A model generated the notes under the pieces. The model ran no database searches. It saw only the letters and a list, made by a program, of their open reading frames with translations, and was not told the origin of the DNA. A program made the translations under genes and the position numbers. A stretch of 64,000 nt of DNA from an uncultured Desulfatitalea sp. (lineage in GTDB: Bacteria > Desulfobacterota > Desulfobacteria > Desulfobacterales > Desulfosarcinaceae): contig CAXXMB010000001.1 in the NCBI GenBank assembly GCA_963668675.2, forward strand, positions 608,001 to 672,000, in the 5' to 3' direction. This document shows positions 21,415 to 32,710 of this stretch, in pieces; within the stretch, counting starts at the first letter, position 1; each line of letters starts with the position of its first letter.

Positions 21415-21771
21415 AAGGATGCTCCAATTGGTTCTATGAAGGCCAGGTCGGCACCGCACTGAAATAGGACCAAAAAATGGCTCTAAGCGTACATTTGCAC
21501 CAATAGAAAAGGATTTCCCGCTTGGGGGCAGTACAAATGAACATCTACAGCTCCAATATCGACTTAATTTGGCGACACTTTAATTTTAACAGCCGGATTT
21601 GATTGAATAGACAGGAGTATGGGGTAGGAAGATAGTGGCCCTTTTCCCCAGCCGAGGCACCATCGGTCGCTGAATCAGGCCAAACAGATCTTTTTTTCGA
21701 AAGGCCAGAAAATGCCGCGGAGCCAATTGGCAGCCGCGGCACTATGGCGCTTTAAACGGATAACCGGCCGG

Positions 21772-22536
21772 TTAGCTCTGTGAAGATCCGAAGCTGGCTT
21801 TGAAAAACTCGCGGTTGAGGCGGGCGATGTTTGTGATGGAGATCTCCTTTGGGCATTCAGCCTCACATTCGGTCTCGTTGCTGCAGTTGCCAAATCCCTG
21901 TGCATCCATTTCGCGCACCATGGCGATGGCGCGTTTGGCGGCTTCCGGTCTTCCCTGGGGCAAAAGGGCCATCTGGGAAACCTTGGCGCTTACAAATAGC
22001 ATGGCAGATGCATTGGGGCAGGCTGCGACGCAGGCACCGCATCCGATGCATTGGGCGGCATCCATGGCCAGCTCCGCTTTGTCCTGGGGAACAGGTTGCG
22101 CATTGGCATCCTGAGCCCCGCCGGCATTGACGGATATATAGCCGCCGGCCTGGATGATACGGTCAAAGGCACTGCGGTCCACCGCCAGGTCCTTGATGAT
22201 TTTAAAGGCCATGGCGCGGAAGGGCTCGATAGCGATGACATCGCCATCCTTGAAATGGCGCATGTGAAGCTGGCACAGGGTCGTGCCCTTGAGGGAACCA
22301 TGCGGACGGCCGTTGATCACCGCCCCGCACATCCCACAGATGCCCTCGCGGCAGTCGTGATCAAAGGCGATCGGCTCTTTGGCTTCCAGGGTCAGTTTTT
22401 CGTTCACGACGTCAAGCATCTCGAGAAAGGACATCTCTGTCGAAATGTCCCTGGCCTGATGCGTTTCAAAGTGGCCTTTGCCCTGGGGACCTTTCTGACG
22501 CCAGACTTTAAGGGTGAGATGGATGCTCTTGCTCAC
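21772..22536 (-). CDS. sdhB: Succinate dehydrogenase/fumarate reductase iron-sulfur subunit
   Basis: [34 protein letters not shown]. Confidence 0.95.
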   Translation of the reverse strand: MSKSIHLTLKVWRQKGPQGKGHFETHQARDISTEMSFLEMLDVVNEKLTLEAKEPIAFDHDCREGICGMCGAVINGRPHGSLKGTTLCQLHMRHFKDGDVIAIEPFRAMAFKIIKDLAVDRSAFDRIIQAGGYISVNAGGAQDANAQPVPQDKAELAMDAAQCIGCGACVAACPNASAMLFVSAKVSQMALLPQGRPEAAKRAIAMVREMDAQGFGNCSNETECEAECPKEISITNIARLNREFFKASFGSSQS

Positions 22537-24446
22537 TTGTAGCTCCTTTGCGTTAGTTGCACATTTTCAAATGTCAGCGGCTCTTTGTGAAATTCTGGAG
22601 CTTGACCGCTTCCTTTGTATTCCCATGCGGCAACATGGCAAAACTCATCGTCGTTGCGCAACGCTTCGTTCTCTTCGGTTTGATAGGCTTCGTTGAAGTG
22701 GCCGCCGCAAGACTCCTGGCGGGCCAGTGCATCTTCGATCATCAACTCGGCAAATTCCAGGAAATCCGCTACCCGCCCGGCGCGCTCCAGGCTCTGGTTG
22801 AAGTCGCCGGCAGAGCCGGGAACAGTCACATTTTGCCAGAATTCCGCTCTCAGCTCCTGAATCATGCCGCGGGCCTTCTCCAGTCCGTCATTGTTGCGCG
22901 ACATCCCGCAGTGGTCCCACATGATCAGCCCCAACTGGCGGTGGAAATCATCCACCGTCCGCTTGCCGTCGATGCCCAGCAACTGTTCGATACGTGCACG
23001 CGTCGATTTTTCCGATGCTTCAAATTCGGGCTGGGATGTGCTGATCTCCATCTTCGGTCCGCTGTTCAGGTAGCCGCCGATGGTATAAGGCAGCACGAAA
23101 TAGCCGTCTGCAAGGCCCTGCATGAGGGCGCTCGCCCCAAGGCGGTTGGCGCCGTGGTCCGAAAAGTTGGCCTCGCCGATAACGAAGAGGCCGGGGACGT
23201 TACTCATCAAATTGTAATCGACCCACAATCCGCCCATGGTGTAGTGTACCGCAGGGTAGATCATCATGGGCGTCGTATAGGGATCGTCTCCTGTAATTTT
23301 TTCATACATTTGGAATAGATTCCCGTACTTGCGTTCGATGGTCTCCTTGCCGTCGCGTTTGATTGCATCGGCAAAATCGAGATAGACCGCCAGGGCGGTA
23401 TCGCCGACGCCTTTCTCTTCGTCGCATTGTGCCTTGGCGTTGCGGGAGGCCACGTCGCGCGGAACCAGATTGCCGAAACTCGGATATTTGCGCTCCAAGT
23501 AGTAGTCCCTGTCGCTTTCCGGGATCTGGCTGGGCGGCCGGGTGTCGCCCGGCTTCTTGGGCACCCACACCCTCCCGTCATTGCGCAAGCTTTCACTCAT
23601 CAAGGTGAGTTTGGATTGATAGGTACCATGTACGGGGATACAGGTCGGGTGGATCTGGGTAAAACATGGGTTGGCAAAGAGGGCACCCTTCATATAGGCG
23701 CGATACGCGGCGGAAACATTCGATCCCATGGCGTTGGTGGAGAGGAAGAAGACATTGCCATAGCCTCCGGTAGCCAGCACCACTGCATCGGCCGAATGGC
23801 GTTCCAACTCACCGGTGATCAGGTTGCGCACCACGATGCCTTTGGCATGTCCCTTGACCAGTACCAGATCGAGCATCTCGCGGCGAGGAAACATGGTGAC
23901 CTTGCCCATCGCCACCTGACGCATCAGGCTGCCATAGGCGCCCAGCAGCAGTTGCTGCCCGGTCTGCCCGCGGGCGTAGAAGGTTCTTGAAACCTGGGCG
24001 CCACCGAAAGAACGGTTGGCCAGCAGTCCCCCGTAATCGCGTGCAAACGGGATGCCTTGGGCGACACAATGATCGATAATGTGATTGCTGACTTGGGCCA
24101 GGCGATAGACGTTGGCTTCCCTGGCCCGGAAATCGCCGCCTTTTACCGTATCGTAAAAGAGCCGCCAGATGCTGTCGCCGTCGTTTGGATAGTTTTTGGC
24201 TGCATTGATACCGCCCTGGGCCGCAATGCTATGGGCGCGGCGGGGGCTGTCCTGGAAACAGAAGGATTTTACATTGTACCCTAGCTCAGCCAGGGTGGCC
24301 GCGGCGGATCCGCCCGCCAGTCCTGTACCCACCACGATGATGTCGAATTTGCGTTTATTGGCCGGATTGACCAGTTTCAGTTCGAAACGGTGGCGATCCC
24401 ACTTATCTTTTAACGCTCCTGCCGGAACCTTGCCGTCGAGCAACAT
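22533..24446 (-). CDS. sdhA: Succinate dehydrogenase/fumarate reductase flavoprotein subunit
   Basis: [18 protein letters not shown] (covalent FAD His), QIHPT, HYTMGG, HGANRLG. Confidence 0.96.
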   Translation of the reverse strand: MLLDGKVPAGALKDKWDRHRFELKLVNPANKRKFDIIVVGTGLAGGSAAATLAELGYNVKSFCFQDSPRRAHSIAAQGGINAAKNYPNDGDSIWRLFYDTVKGGDFRAREANVYRLAQVSNHIIDHCVAQGIPFARDYGGLLANRSFGGAQVSRTFYARGQTGQQLLLGAYGSLMRQVAMGKVTMFPRREMLDLVLVKGHAKGIVVRNLITGELERHSADAVVLATGGYGNVFFLSTNAMGSNVSAAYRAYMKGALFANPCFTQIHPTCIPVHGTYQSKLTLMSESLRNDGRVWVPKKPGDTRPPSQIPESDRDYYLERKYPSFGNLVPRDVASRNAKAQCDEEKGVGDTALAVYLDFADAIKRDGKETIERKYGNLFQMYEKITGDDPYTTPMMIYPAVHYTMGGLWVDYNLMSNVPGLFVIGEANFSDHGANRLGASALMQGLADGYFVLPYTIGGYLNSGPKMEISTSQPEFEASEKSTRARIEQLLGIDGKRTVDDFHRQLGLIMWDHCGMSRNNDGLEKARGMIQELRAEFWQNVTVPGSAGDFNQSLERAGRVADFLEFAELMIEDALARQESCGGHFNEAYQTEENEALRNDDEFCHVAAWEYKGSGQAPEFHKEPLTFENVQLTQRSYK

Positions 24447-24461
24447 AGGATATCCTTTCTA

Positions 24462-25103
24462 TTATGCGCTGATGGAGACGAAGATGGGCAGCAAGCCGAA
24501 ACCGACCCCGACCACCAGTGCAAATAAGATACTTAAGGTTCGAATCATCGGCATGTATTTTGGGTGATTGGCGCCGACGGTTTGAAAAGCGCTCCATAGG
24601 CCATGGCTGACATGGATGGCCGTCACTATCATCGCGACGACATAGACGGCCACATAGAGCGGATTGGCGAAAGCAGCGCTGACGATATCGTGGATGGTGG
24701 TCTGGCTTTTGTCTGCAAAGTGAAAATTGACCAGATGGAAGACCACAAATGCCAGGAGAAGTACGCCAGTATAGGGCATGGTGGCCGATCCGATCGTGCG
24801 GCCACCGGCTCGTTTATTGACGGCGTATCGGTTGGGTCGGGCCTTCAGGTTTTGGTAAAAGAGGGTCAGCCCGGTCAACACATGCGTAAGGGCGAACAAC
24901 AGCAGGCCCCACTCAGCGACAACCAGCAGTACGCCCAGGGAGTGCAGATGGCCGGCATAGCCGTTGAACATGGCTTTGCCGCCGAACAGGGTCAAATTAC
25001 CGGCGAGATGCACTGCCAGAAACAGGCAGAAGCAGATTCCGGTCAATGCCATCATCAATTTTTTACCGATGGACGATGAGAGTGTCTCGATCAACCACTT
25101 CAT
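24462..25103 (-). CDS. sdhC: Succinate dehydrogenase/fumarate reductase cytochrome b subunit (b558 type)
   Basis: SSIGKKLMMALTG, five TMs with His ligands, HGLWSAFQT; start moved to 25103. Confidence 0.93.
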   Translation of the reverse strand: MKWLIETLSSSIGKKLMMALTGICFCLFLAVHLAGNLTLFGGKAMFNGYAGHLHSLGVLLVVAEWGLLLFALTHVLTGLTLFYQNLKARPNRYAVNKRAGGRTIGSATMPYTGVLLLAFVVFHLVNFHFADKSQTTIHDIVSAAFANPLYVAVYVVAMIVTAIHVSHGLWSAFQTVGANHPKYMPMIRTLSILFALVVGVGFGLLPIFVSISA

Positions 25104-25296
25104 GGCGCCTCCGTTCCCCAATGGATTCTTGAACTTAAACCCGCCGTGGCCGGATACGATATGCGCTGCCTGCCGACAACGGTGTTGTATTTTTTATGCA
25201 GGCACTTGAGAAGGTCAGGTACCTGGGAAATTTGATTCCGTTTTTCGGGCCAATTCGCTCGCAAGAGAAGCACGCTATGGAAGAACAATGTTACTG

Positions 25297-25845
25297 TCAA
25301 CAAAAAAGTCGAAACCACCATCCATCCCTCGGCGTGTCGATCAGTGACTGGGCCAACTGCTTGGCCACTTTTGTCTGAAGGCGGTTTTCCACATGCGGCA
25401 GCCACTTCTGAGGTGTCTGGTATCCCAGGTCTTTTAACGATTTGAGGTCGACAATGAGCGCCAGTTGATCGGCATCGTGGGCGAGCTTCGATTCCAGCGT
25501 TTCGCCCTGGTTGAATTCAGAGAGAAGCGCATCGATCTGTTCGGCAAACGGCAGGTTGTGCAGGGCATCGGCCGCTGCAGCCGATTCATCCGAGGTAACG
25601 TATTGTTTTTGCACATAGTTCAGATCACCGATACGTGCTTCCGGCAGATCGTGGACCAGGCACATGGTGATGAGACGCTCGGCATCGGCCTGGGGTTCCA
25701 GCTTGGAGAATATGAAGGCGATGAAGGTGACGGCGAACGTATGCTCCGCCACCGTATCTCTCCCCATGCCGAGAAACTGGTACCCGCTGCGTGGAATGTG
25801 TTTCAGGAAAAGTGCTTCGAAGATAAACTCTGCAATTCGGTCCAT
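25297..25845 (-). CDS. HD-domain phosphohydrolase (YfbR/HDDC2-like 5'-deoxynucleotidase family)
   Basis: LKHIPRSGY, TVAEH, LVHDLPEARIGD, AHDADQL; start moved to 25845 (GGAG SD). Confidence 0.9.
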   Translation of the reverse strand: MDRIAEFIFEALFLKHIPRSGYQFLGMGRDTVAEHTFAVTFIAFIFSKLEPQADAERLITMCLVHDLPEARIGDLNYVQKQYVTSDESAAAADALHNLPFAEQIDALLSEFNQGETLESKLAHDADQLALIVDLKSLKDLGYQTPQKWLPHVENRLQTKVAKQLAQSLIDTPRDGWWFRLFC

Positions 25846-25982
25846 TCTTTTCTCCTTTGAGAAAACAGGGTGGGTCAGAGAGCGCAACTTCCCTGAAGTC
25901 TCCACCTGAACAAGGGGAAACATTAGCAGAGGATCGTCGTCCTGTCATCTACTACATAGTGGCAACGGTGTTCTCAATTGAC

Positions 25983-26011
25983 TTGACACATTTGGTCGGT
26001 TTGGGTAGTTT
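25983..26011 (+). promoter_or_regulatory. Probable sigma70 promoter of the tol-pal operon
   Basis: TTGACA-N17-TAGTTT, about 200 nt upstream of tolQ. Confidence 0.5.
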
Positions 26012-26216
26012 AATCGGACAAGAAAAACCCTTATCCATTTTCCAAAGGGTTGACATTCCAGGACGCTCAGATCACCGTACTTCAGACAAAAGGGCTAAAC
26101 CTGCAAACACCAATCTCACCAAACAGTGTGATTTCCCGAAAACAGTATCGATGGTCAGTGTTACAGGTGATGGCGTGCGCAGCTTTTACGGGTTAAAATC
26201 GTAGGAGAATTGGCAA

Positions 26217-26942
26217 ATGACCCAAACGGATATTGATATTATTCAGATTGTTAGCAATGCAGGCGTGATGGTGCAATTCGTACTTTTGCTGCTTTTGTTT
26301 TTTTCCGTGACCTCATGGGCCATCATTATTATCAAGTGGCGCTATATTCAGAAGGCATTCCGCGAATCGACTCTATTTACAGACTATTTTTGGAAAACCA
26401 GAGACTTGGCCGGTGCCTACGCCAAGGCTAAAGAGTTGACCGGGTGCCCGGTGGGTCGGATTTTCAGAATCGGGTACGTGGAATTGAAACGCATCAGCCA
26501 ACCTGGACGAGGTAAAACACAGGAGGCGGGTCAAGAAGGCGGTGGCACAATGAGCATGCGCATCACGGGGGGCGATAATGTCAAGCGTGCGCTGCGCAGG
26601 GCCATCAACAATGAAACCACCCGGATGACCCAGATGGTGCCCTTTTTGGCGACCACTGGAAACACCACGCCGTTTATAGGCCTTTTCGGAACAGTGTGGG
26701 GCATTATGAACTCCTTTCACAGTATCGGCCAACGTGGTTCTGCAAGCCTGGCCGTGGTTGCGCCGGGGATCTCAGAAGCCCTTATCGCCACAGCCGCAGG
26801 GTTGGCGGTCGCGATTCCGGCGGTCATCGCCTTTAATTTTTTTATGCAGAAAATACGGGTGGTTGAGACAGAGTTGATCAGCTTTTCAGCAGATTTTCTA
26901 AATATCATCGAGCGCGACATTCTATCTGGCAATCCCTCCTGA
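26217..26942 (+). CDS. tolQ: TolQ
   Basis: FLATTGNTTPFIGLFGTVWGIMNSF, VAPGISEALIATAAGL. Confidence 0.95.
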   Translation: MTQTDIDIIQIVSNAGVMVQFVLLLLLFFSVTSWAIIIIKWRYIQKAFRESTLFTDYFWKTRDLAGAYAKAKELTGCPVGRIFRIGYVELKRISQPGRGKTQEAGQEGGGTMSMRITGGDNVKRALRRAINNETTRMTQMVPFLATTGNTTPFIGLFGTVWGIMNSFHSIGQRGSASLAVVAPGISEALIATAAGLAVAIPAVIAFNFFMQKIRVVETELISFSADFLNIIERDILSGNPS

Positions 26943-27004
26943 TTCATCGATCGAACCAAGGGTCACGGGAGCCGAACCGGAGAGACGCTTGAGAGGATAA
27001 ACGT

Positions 27005-27436
27005 ATGGCATTAGAAACCAATAGCGACCGCCTAATGTCCGACATCAACGTTACGCCATTCGTGGATGTGATGCTGGTGCTGCTCATTATCTTTATGGTC
27101 ACGGCGCCAATGATGATGCAAGGTGTCGATGTCAACCTGCCCGAGGCAACGACGAAGCCCCTGGTGGCCCAAAAGGATAATCTGGTCGTCTCCATCGACA
27201 AGGATCAACGCATTCACATCAACGACTTTGAGGTGGAGGTGGACTATCTGAGAGAAAAACTCAAAAAGATCCTTGAAAACAAATCCGACCGGGCCGTTTA
27301 CTTCAAAGCCGATCGCGCCGTACCATACGGGGTGGCCGTCAAAGTCATGGCGGAGATCAAAGGGGCCGGAGTAGATAAAATCGGGATGGTGACCATACCG
27401 GTTGAAGAAGATCGCGGGACAGGCCAGAGGCGATAA
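27005..27436 (+). CDS. tolR: TolR
   Basis: INVTPFVDVMLVLLIIFMVTAP, ADRAVPYG. Confidence 0.95.
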   Translation: MALETNSDRLMSDINVTPFVDVMLVLLIIFMVTAPMMMQGVDVNLPEATTKPLVAQKDNLVVSIDKDQRIHINDFEVEVDYLREKLKKILENKSDRAVYFKADRAVPYGVAVKVMAEIKGAGVDKIGMVTIPVEEDRGTGQRR

Positions 27437-27447
27437 CTGAAACCAAG

Positions 27448-28317
27448 ATGAGTCATGCAATCATGGTACATGCTGCAGGGGAAAATCGTCATCCCTTATT
27501 TTGGCCCTATCTATTCAGTTTTGTGGGCCATCTGCTGCTGTTCGCATTTATCCTTTACACCCCTAGACCGGACAGCGATGAGAGTCTGTTTCCCTCCATC
27601 ATCGACGTGCAGATCGTCGATGTTCAGACCAGCGCCCCGTCCGTGCAAAAGAGCAAGGCGCCGAAGGAGGCGCCTTCTTCGGCGATAGCGGAGGAGGCAC
27701 CTGTCGAGGCCAAGACACCCTCGAAACCACCAGTCAAGAGCACTGCAGAAGCCGAAGTCTCCGTTGCACCTCCGCAACCCAAAAGCAAAACAGCACTCAA
27801 ATATAAAACCATGAAGTCCCAGAAGGTGTTGAAAAGCACCTTGAAGCGTCTCGAAGAAAAGGTTCAGACGGCACCGCCCAAGCCTTTGGAAGATACGATT
27901 AAGCGGTTGCGTGAAAAAGTAGAGAAGGAGGGGAGGCCCGAGAAGAACGAAGCGGCTGGCAACGGCGAAGCCGTATCCGTAGGGCAAAAGAAGGGATTCA
28001 AAGGTGGAGGTAAGCAGGAGGGCGAACTTATCGATATGTACCGGTTGGAGATCGCTTACGCCATCCAGAAGAATTGGGCCTACTCTGAGCAGTTGGCCGG
28101 AAACAGCGGCGACCTGGTGGCAAGTATTGTGATGAAGGTGATGCCCGATGGTCAGATCGAAGACATTTTTTTTACCGACAGATCCGGAAACCCTTACCTC
28201 GATGAATCGGCCTACAAAGCGATTGTCAAGACCAGCCCGGTCAAGCCCCATCCCGATACTCTCAAGCGTCCGTATATTGAGATGGGACTGCGTTTCACCC
28301 CAAAAGGGGTACAGTAG
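27448..28317 (+). CDS. tolA: TolA (TonB-family energy transducer)
   Basis: TM with S-x3-H, K/P/E-rich linker, TonB_C-like tail (IQKNW...SGNPYLDESA); lies between tolR and tolB. Confidence 0.88.
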   Translation: MSHAIMVHAAGENRHPLFWPYLFSFVGHLLLFAFILYTPRPDSDESLFPSIIDVQIVDVQTSAPSVQKSKAPKEAPSSAIAEEAPVEAKTPSKPPVKSTAEAEVSVAPPQPKSKTALKYKTMKSQKVLKSTLKRLEEKVQTAPPKPLEDTIKRLREKVEKEGRPEKNEAAGNGEAVSVGQKKGFKGGGKQEGELIDMYRLEIAYAIQKNWAYSEQLAGNSGDLVASIVMKVMPDGQIEDIFFTDRSGNPYLDESAYKAIVKTSPVKPHPDTLKRPYIEMGLRFTPKGVQ

Positions 28318-28438
28318 AGTAAATGTGCAGCTGATTGAAAACGAGGTGGATTTCCATCTGTGACTCATCTGCCAAGCCACAGGGGTCTGCAAGCGGATGA
28401 AACTCAATGAGTGTCATAATCGTAAGGTATGGAAGAAG

Positions 28439-29767
28439 ATGCGACTCTATAGAATTATCACGATAGGTTTAATGCTGTTTTGCCTGATTTTGCCGGCGTG
28501 TTGGCCCGATCGAAGTTTGGCCGAAATCAAATATATCGATCTGACAAATCCTTTTTTGAGAAAAATCCCGATGGCCGTTCCGGTGTTCAGCGCCATGCCG
28601 GCCGCACAGGCAGATGATAAATTGACCACCGATATTGCGGATAAAGTGGCGGGCATGCTCGAATACACAGGCTATTTTAAGATGCTGGACAGGGCGTCTT
28701 TTCTCTATGACCCCAAGAAAGGTGAAATTACCAAAACCCGCATCAATTTTCAAAACTGGACAGCCGTAGGGGCCGAACTGCTGATCACCGGCGGCGTTCA
28801 ACGCACTGCGGACGAACTGGTTCTCGAGTTGCGACTGTTCGATACCTTCAAGACCTCGTTGGTCGTGGGCAAGCGCTATCGTGGACGTATAGAGGATTTG
28901 CGTGATATGGTTCGGCGCTTCTGCACAGAGGTGATCAAGGCGCTCACCGGAAACCAGGGGGTTTTTTACAGCCGGATCGCTTTTGTTTCCAACGGTACCG
29001 GTCACAAAGAGATCTATTTTTGTGAATTCGATGGAAGCAACCCAAAGATGATAACAAAAAAGAGCAGTATCACATCGTTTCCGGCGTGGTCTTTGGATGG
29101 GCGTTACCTTGCTTTCACCTCATTTGCAAATGGACCGTCTCAGATTTTCGTACGGGATCTTAAAAGCGGACTGGAGAAAAAATTCAGATTCAAAGGTGCG
29201 CAGATCGCACCGGCCTGGGTGCCGCATCGGTTCGAATTGACCACGACCCTGTCGATCGAAGGGGATCAGGAAATTTATTTATTGACCGGTGGAGGGAAAA
29301 TGATTAAAAGAGTGACCTATAGCCCGGGAATTGATGTGGATGCGACATGGTCGCCCGACGGCCAGAAACTGGCCTTCGTTTCCAAACGGGCAGGGACACC
29401 GCAAATCTACGTCCAGGAGATGGGCAGTAACCGCATACAACGACTGACGTTCGAGGGCCGCTACAATACCCAGCCCAGTTGGTCCCCCAAAGGCGATAAG
29501 GTCGCCTATTCGTCCATGGAAGAAGGACAACTAAACATCTACGTCATCGATATCGAGGGCAATCACCCAATCAGATTAACCTACAACCAAGGTGATAACG
29601 AAGCGCCGTCCTGGTCGCCGGACGGAAGTCTGATAGCATTCAGATCGACCCGCGAGGGTGTTTCACGAATATATGTAATGACGGCTTATGGCACGGACCA
29701 GCGACGTTTGTTGGTCCTAACAGGAGCGCAGAGTCACCCGAGGTGGTCGCCAAACATGTTACCTTAA
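28439..29767 (+). CDS. tolB: TolB beta-propeller protein
   Basis: TolB N-domain plus repeated PxWSPDG (PD40) motifs; start approximate. Confidence 0.95.
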   Translation: MRLYRIITIGLMLFCLILPACWPDRSLAEIKYIDLTNPFLRKIPMAVPVFSAMPAAQADDKLTTDIADKVAGMLEYTGYFKMLDRASFLYDPKKGEITKTRINFQNWTAVGAELLITGGVQRTADELVLELRLFDTFKTSLVVGKRYRGRIEDLRDMVRRFCTEVIKALTGNQGVFYSRIAFVSNGTGHKEIYFCEFDGSNPKMITKKSSITSFPAWSLDGRYLAFTSFANGPSQIFVRDLKSGLEKKFRFKGAQIAPAWVPHRFELTTTLSIEGDQEIYLLTGGGKMIKRVTYSPGIDVDATWSPDGQKLAFVSKRAGTPQIYVQEMGSNRIQRLTFEGRYNTQPSWSPKGDKVAYSSMEEGQLNIYVIDIEGNHPIRLTYNQGDNEAPSWSPDGSLIAFRSTREGVSRIYVMTAYGTDQRRLLVLTGAQSHPRWSPNMLP

Positions 29768-29802
29768 AGATGTTTATGCAGCATCATAAAAAGGAGGAAA
29801 AA

Positions 29803-30363
29803 ATGAGGAAAAACAATTGGTTGGTAATTTTTCTGGTGTTGGTAATACCGGCAATGATGTTTTCGGTATCATGTGCCAAAAAGGTGGTTGAAACCGCACC
29901 GGCTGAAACTGCCCAACCGGCCGAAACTCCGCCCGAAACTGATACGAGCGCAGATGACGAGGCCGCTCAAAAAGCGAGGCTGGAGCAAGAGAGGCTTGCT
30001 GCGGAAGAGGCTGCCCGGCAGGCGATGATGGCCTTCAGTGAAGAAGATATCCACTTCGAATTCGACAGCTCTGCATTGATGCCTGCCGCACAGGATATCT
30101 TGGTTCGCAAAGCGGATTACATGCGTGCCAATCCCAACATCACCGTGACGGTGGAGGGCCACTGCGACGAACGTGGAACAGATGCTTACAATATGGCCCT
30201 TGGAGAACGCCGTGCCCAGAGCGCCAAAGAGTTCCTCACCAATCTTGGTATCAGCGCCAATCGTTTGGGCACTATCAGCTACGGTGAAGAACGTCCGGTA
30301 GATCCGGGGCAGAACGAAGCTGCGTGGGCAAAAAATCGTCGCGCCCACCTGGTTATCGACTGA
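29803..30363 (+). CDS. pal: Peptidoglycan-associated lipoprotein Pal
   Basis: Lipobox [51 protein letters not shown]. Confidence 0.97.
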   Translation: MRKNNWLVIFLVLVIPAMMFSVSCAKKVVETAPAETAQPAETPPETDTSADDEAAQKARLEQERLAAEEAARQAMMAFSEEDIHFEFDSSALMPAAQDILVRKADYMRANPNITVTVEGHCDERGTDAYNMALGERRAQSAKEFLTNLGISANRLGTISYGEERPVDPGQNEAAWAKNRRAHLVID

Positions 30364-30448
30364 TAGAGACGTTTAGGGGCAGCAAAAATCCGGTTGAAGG
30401 GACGGAGTTGAACTTCCATTCCGCTTGAAACCGGTATTTGATAAAGAT

Positions 30449-30494
30449 GATTACGCCACCCCGGAACCGCTGATGCGATCCCGGGGTGGTAATC
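30449..30494 (+). repeat. Intercistronic hairpin after pal
   Basis: GATTACGCCACCCCGG...CCGGGGTGGTAATC inverted repeat without a U-tract. Confidence 0.65.
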
Positions 30495-30516
30495 TACGTA
30501 CCGCGGAAAAATTGCT

Positions 30517-31404
30517 GTGAGACTGATACGATTTCAATATATGCCCATTTGTTGGACGGTAGCCGTCGCTATTTGGTGTTCAGGTATGCTGGGGTGCGCC
30601 AGTCAAAAAGATGTGATTATCCTTGATGAACGGCTTATGCTCCTCGAGCGTCAGAATCAGGAATTGCAGAAGCAAAACAGCGATATGCAAAAACTTGTTC
30701 GCAAAGAGCTGGCCGTTGTCGGAGAGAGCAGTCAAACGACGGAATCCGCTCTGCGCTCAAAATATGCCGTGTTGAACGCTGAACTGGATAGTATTCAGGA
30801 AAATTTGCAGCTTTTGTCGGGACGGTTTGAGGAGATTGAGCACCGGGCGCAACAGCAGTCCATAGTGTTCGAAAAGGGGCAGCAAAAGATTGATGAGTTG
30901 AGTCTTCAAACAGAAAAAATCGACAAACGGTTGGTTGATCTCGAGCAATATCTCAATTTGGGGGAGAACGCCAAGCAGCCGTCCGCAAGAGAAACCTCTT
31001 CAGACCGCGATCAAAATGAGCCCAGCCCGGAAACAACGGCCAATCAAATCTATAACGAATCCAAACAAGCATACGATAACGGGAAACTGGACAAGGCCAG
31101 GAAGGGGTTTCAGCAGTTGATCAAAACCTTTCCCAAATCGAATAACGCTGATAATGCACAATTTTGGATCGGTGAAAGCTACTACCGGGAAAAGTGGTAT
31201 GAAAAGGCGATTCTCGAGTATCAGACGGTTATTGAAAAATACCCAAAAGGAAACAAGGTGCCGGCTGCGATGCTCAAGCAGGGGATGGCTTTTTTGCGAC
31301 TGGGTGATAAATCCAATGCCCGACTCATATTGAAAGAGCTTGAGAAGAAGTATCCAAAAAGCAACGAGGCAAAGGTGGCCGCCAAAAAGCTAAAGGAGTT
31401 TTGA
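30517..31404 (+). CDS. cpoB: Tol-Pal system protein CpoB/YbgF
   Basis: Lipobox MLGC, coiled coil, C-terminal TPRs (ADNAQFWIGESYY...KVPAAMLKQG). Confidence 0.93.
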   Translation: MRLIRFQYMPICWTVAVAIWCSGMLGCASQKDVIILDERLMLLERQNQELQKQNSDMQKLVRKELAVVGESSQTTESALRSKYAVLNAELDSIQENLQLLSGRFEEIEHRAQQQSIVFEKGQQKIDELSLQTEKIDKRLVDLEQYLNLGENAKQPSARETSSDRDQNEPSPETTANQIYNESKQAYDNGKLDKARKGFQQLIKTFPKSNNADNAQFWIGESYYREKWYEKAILEYQTVIEKYPKGNKVPAAMLKQGMAFLRLGDKSNARLILKELEKKYPKSNEAKVAAKKLKEF

Positions 31405-31488
31405 TTCAACGACAGTTTCCAATCTCCTTCCATTTGAGTTACTCGGTGACCCATTGAAACAACTCACCTTCGCAACCATTCCAGGACG

Positions 31489-32019
31489 ATGAAAATTAAG
31501 GTGGTGGGAATTGATCCGGGGCTTGCGGATACCGGTATCGGTATCGTTGAAGGTAGTCACCTGGCTGTCGAGAGTTTTGCTTTCGGCAGTATAAAAACTT
31601 CCCAGAAGGACCACCAATCCCTCCGTCTCGAAAAGATCTATACCCGTTTGTGTGATCTGTTCGCAAACGAAAAGCCGGATCTCATTGTTATTGAAGATGT
31701 GTTCTCCCTGGACAGATATCCCAAGTCGGGTATTCTTCTGGGTAAGGTGTGTGGTGCCATCCTGCTGGCCAGTCGCAAGGCGGAATCCAGCGTGAAGGAG
31801 GTTGCTGTGCGTGAAGCCAAGCAAGTGCTCACCGGGAACGGCAACGCCACTAAAGACCAGCTTGAGAAAGCTGTTAGGAAGATATTGGGGTGCCGTCAAC
31901 CTATCCGTCCTTACCATGCGTCGGACGCATTGGGACTTGCCCTCATTGGCCTCTTTCGCTATGGTAGCGGCAGTTGCCAGGCCGGAAATGACGTGTGCTC
32001 CGACGAAGGTCAGCATTAA
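31489..32019 (+). CDS. ruvC: Holliday junction resolvase RuvC
   Basis: GIDPGL, IEDVF, GNGNATKDQ, HASDAL. Confidence 0.95.
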   Translation: MKIKVVGIDPGLADTGIGIVEGSHLAVESFAFGSIKTSQKDHQSLRLEKIYTRLCDLFANEKPDLIVIEDVFSLDRYPKSGILLGKVCGAILLASRKAESSVKEVAVREAKQVLTGNGNATKDQLEKAVRKILGCRQPIRPYHASDALGLALIGLFRYGSGSCQAGNDVCSDEGQH

Positions 32020-32086
32020 TGGTATTGACGGCACCGCTTGATTCCTTTTCTTCAACGATAAAGGAGCAGCATGCTACGAGAGAAGC

Positions 32087-32701
32087 ATGATCGCATATCT
32101 TGAAGGTCGACTGGTAAAGAGAGAACAGGATCGCATCATACTGCTTGCCAACCAGGTAGGCTACGAGGTCATGGTGCCGGCATTTGTTCGAGATACCCTC
32201 AACACCAAAGAGGTCGGTGACGAGGTGTCGCTCTACATCTACTATCACCAAACCGAACGACAGCCAAAACCGGTCCTGATCGGGTTCAATCTGGAAGCAG
32301 AGAAGGAGTTTTTCCAGCTGTTCATATCCGTTGATGCTATTGGACCGCTCAAGGCAGCCAAAGCGATGACTATTCCGGTGCGTGACATTGCAGATGCGAT
32401 AGAAGCCAACCGCCTAGATCAACTGAAAAGCCTGAAGGGCATTGGAGCCAGGTCGGCCCAGAAGATCATCGCTACGCTGCAGGGCAAGGTCGGCAAATTC
32501 GCAATGATTCGGAAAAGTGAGTTGCCGAGCGACACCGAACCGCAAGACTACGTCAAACCGGTGTTAGATGTGCTGGTCGAACAACTGGGGCACAAGCCGG
32601 CCGATGCAAAGCGGATGATCACTGCGGCCATGAAGCGCAACGAGCACATCGACACACCCGAAGCGTTGTTCGATGAGGTGTATCGGGGTGAAAGGTCTTA
32701 A
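32087..32701 (+). CDS. ruvA: Holliday junction branch migration protein RuvA
   Basis: MIAYLEG, VGYEV, IGPLKA, KGIGARSAQKII. Confidence 0.93.
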   Translation: MIAYLEGRLVKREQDRIILLANQVGYEVMVPAFVRDTLNTKEVGDEVSLYIYYHQTERQPKPVLIGFNLEAEKEFFQLFISVDAIGPLKAAKAMTIPVRDIADAIEANRLDQLKSLKGIGARSAQKIIATLQGKVGKFAMIRKSELPSDTEPQDYVKPVLDVLVEQLGHKPADAKRMITAAMKRNEHIDTPEALFDEVYRGERS

Positions 32702-32710
32702 GGCCAGCGC

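Noticed and set aside
26012..26216. Riboswitch in the ~200-nt tolQ leader
   Set aside because: Only short imperfect pairings (ACCTG/CAGGT, AACAC/GTGTT). No recognisable c-di-GMP, cobalamin, TPP or SAM consensus; an Rfam cmscan would be needed.
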